Source: Eledone cirrhosa (lineage: Eukaryota). Taken from it: a stretch of 64,000 bases of DNA. The stretch is taken from assembly GCA_964016885.1 (NCBI GenBank), contig OZ024740.1:56606001-56670000 (forward strand), given 5' to 3'. The translations under genes were made by a program, and so were the position numbers. The notes below the pieces were generated by a model that had not been told where the DNA came from, ran no database searches, and saw only the letters and a program-made list of their open reading frames with translations. Every line of letters starts with the position of its first letter. The stretch's first letter is position 1. This document shows positions 61,060 through 64,000 of the stretch, piece after piece.

Positions 61060-62089
61060 TTAATATATTTATATATTATATACATATATACATATACTAA
61101 TATATATATATACACACACACCCGCACACGCACACACATATGCGTGTGTGATCTGTAACTCTTCCATTTCTTCTACGAATCCAGGTTTGTTTGGAGGCCA
61201 AAGCAGTGAACTGTAATCTAATCTGCTCTGAACAAAGGTTTTCCATAATATTATAATAACTACTGGTTTTCCTGTGACGTAGCTTTATATAATCCAAACT
61301 TTGAGATGCCTGGATTTAGAAGTCACTAACGTATCTAATAAATGATATATTATTTGAGATAATTATTCCTAAGTCCCGTATGTCATTAGCGTTCTGAATC
61401 GTTGTGTCATCTGGGGTCAAATAATGTTGATGTATTGAATTTTATATAATTATAATCCGCCACACTGCTTCAACCCGTTGATAATCGAGAAATGATCTGA
61501 GAGATCACAGTTGAGACTGAAATGACATCGCTGATCTTCATGTTGCTGGATCGGGACTACTTTTTCCAGTATCCTCTTACTCCTGCTGTTTTCATCCCTT
61601 TTCCATCGCTACAGGACTTGAAATGTCTAGTGGATGTGGGCATGCTCTTCAAGCCTGCGCAGCAGAGTTTCTATGTTAAGTGCAGTGTGCGCTGAGCTGA
61701 CCCAACCTTTTACACACGGGGTTCATCTATCCTGGCCTAGCAATCTGGGACAGTGACAGTGTTGCACCCGGGTGGTAGGTTTTACACTAAAGATTCTTTC
61801 TCCTAACTTCAAGCTCAAAAACCTTCCTCGGAGTTGGGGGGGGGGGGGGGGCACTTACCCAGGCTGGAGCGTAGCTGCTGGATGTTACAAAACATGTAGG
61901 TACATTCAAGGTCTTGTCAGGAGTCTTGCCACTAAGATGATTTCACCCGTAAGTTGAACCCTGACAAGTACTACCGCCCCGAGCTAGAACGGACCTGGGT
62001 GTCATAGTAACTAAGGGGCAACGCCATGCTCCCAAGAACCCCAGAATTCCCGAATTCGATCTTTATCACCGGAAGCAGTTTAGTGTCAT

Positions 62090-62567
62090 TCCCAGGATAC
62101 ACATACATACATATGCCTGTGATTATTGGGGCACTGGAATATGTTAATAACTGCTTCAATACAAATCTTGAAAAGCTGGGCTTCACAGAAACAGAAAGAA
62201 CACGACTATTTAGGAAACTACAAGTACAATCCATTAATTGAACAGTAAAAATATGTAAAACATTCCAAAAAGTATGCATCTAATAACTGCATGTACACAT
62301 GTACAGATACAAAGCATATGCGCACATACAACTCAAGACATCCACATCTACACCTAAAATAACATCCATACCTGCACACACATGCATGCAGACATGCAGA
62401 CATATCTACCTAGTTGATGTGTAAATTCTAATGGGAGAGTCCTGTATCTATGTTAGAAACCGACTCTCTCTATTGGCAAAAATTTGTGAAATTATAAAAC
62501 CAGAAGAACATACATACATACATACATACATACATACATACATACATACATACATACATACATACAT
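62090..62567 (+). mobile_element. R4/Dong-like LINE 3' end with (CATA)n tail
   Basis: PGYTYIHMPVIIGALEYV...LFRKLQVQSIN*TVKICKTF; 3' UTR; (CATA)n at 62509-62567. Confidence 0.7.
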
Positions 62568-64000
62568 AAAAAAATTACCGCCCAATTGCCTGCCAAAACA
62601 TCATGTATAAATTATATACTGGGTGCCTTAACCTGTTCTTACAGGATCACTGTGCTACCAACAACATCATAACACCTGAGCAAGCTGGTGGAAAGAGGGA
62701 GGTGTGGGGTTGCATAGATCACCTACTAACTAACAAAATGATTCAGGAAAAAACAACAAAGAATCGCATAAACATGACTGTGGTGTAGCTGGACTATCAA
62801 AAAGCATTTGATAGTGTACATCATGGGTGGGATTATTAAGGCTTTACAGTTAGCTAAAGTCCCACAACCATTGGTAGCTGCTGTTGAACGCCTGACTAAG
62901 AACTGGTACACCAATTTGATCCTTAGAGGTGAGAAGGAGCAGGTTAAGACTGATAAGATACATTACCAGAAGGGCATCTTTCAGGGTGATAGCTTGTCAG
63001 TGCTACTCTTCGTTCTCTCACTGAATCTACTATCTTACCTACTGAGGAAACAAGGTGGACAAAGAAGTGGGCCCAGAAGTATCTCCCATCTTTTCTTTGT
63101 TGATGACCTGAAGTTGTATGGGCCAAATATCAATGACATCAAGAAACAATTGGACCTCATTACACAATTTTCAACCAACATCAAAATGAAATTTGGTGAG
63201 TCCAAGTGTGCATATTTGGCAGTAAAACGTGGAAGAGCTGTGCCCTCCTCTAGAAATCTAGATATGAACAGCCTGACAATACAACCTCTGCAGTCAGGTG
63301 ACAACTACAGATATCTTGGACAGGATGAGAATGTCAGATATGATGGACCCATAAATAAGGAGAGAACCAGAACTGAATACCTCAGAAGAGTAAAGAAAAT
63401 ATGGTCATCAGAACTGTCAGCATACAACAAATACATTGCCCACAACACTTATGCTGTGCCAATTCTAACGCCAACATTTGGCCTGCTGAACTGGTCATTG
63501 AAAGAACTAAGTGAGATGGATGTTAGAACTCGAAAACTTCTCAGTGTTACTGGGAACTTTAACATCAATGGTGATGTGGATAGGCTATACTTCTCACGCA
63601 AGGAAGGTGGCCGGGGTCTAAAATCAATATTAACAACATATGAGACCCGGATAGTAACACTGAAGCAACACCTTCAACAGAGGAAAAAGGTTGGCAACCA
63701 TCTTGCCCAGGTTTATGAGCATGAAAAAAAAATATCATTAGAATAGCGACTGATCTGGAGGAGAGATATGGAATAAAGCCTGATATAAATCTCTCACCCA
63801 GAGAAATCGGAAGATCCTATTCAATGTTCAAACAAGATAAAAAAATTGACCAATTTACAGAAAAAGTTGTGCATGGATACTTGAGGCGTAAAACACAGAC
63901 CATAGAGGGGATAAACCACTCAAAAAGCTTGGCATGGAATTCCGACAAGTTTATGACATCACACCTTGGGGGATATCTCTATGCAATACAGGAACAAGAA
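62568..64000 (+). mobile_element. 5'-truncated R4/Dong-like (RLE-type) LINE RT, disrupted; runs off the window
   Basis: NYRPIAC, EQAGG, LDYQKAFDSV, GIFQGDSLS, SHLFFVDDLKLY, FGESKCA, YRYLG, RLYFSRKEGGRGL; stops and frameshifts. Confidence 0.9.

Overview
AT-rich animal DNA, probably octopus (inferred from the tRNA-derived SINE family and dense (TA)n/(TG)n arrays). The only host gene is the 3' half of an L-threonine dehydratase/ammonia-lyase (PLP domain end plus ACT domain): five + strand exons, 373-34409, with phase-compatible GT-AG introns. The long Tyr/Ile ORFs in the track are microsatellite artefacts. The rest is mobile DNA: SINEs, hAT-like MITEs, CR1/L2, RTE and R4/Dong LINE relics, and many Penelope-like element (PLE) pieces. 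Main signal: more than 20 hammerhead ribozyme (HHR) motifs read by eye (14 with canonical CUGANGA/GAAA cores, several with a compensatory U3:A8 core), in several PLE or non-coding families. These sit in (TA)n arrays, mostly as tail-out fold-backs in which one arm keeps a fixed 3' tail and the other stops at an internal TA-like word. One insertion (31146-31229) has twin-priming structure, and one non-coding HHR family shows a 597-bp partial tandem (retrozyme-like). All structures and coordinates were read manually; none was computed or searched.
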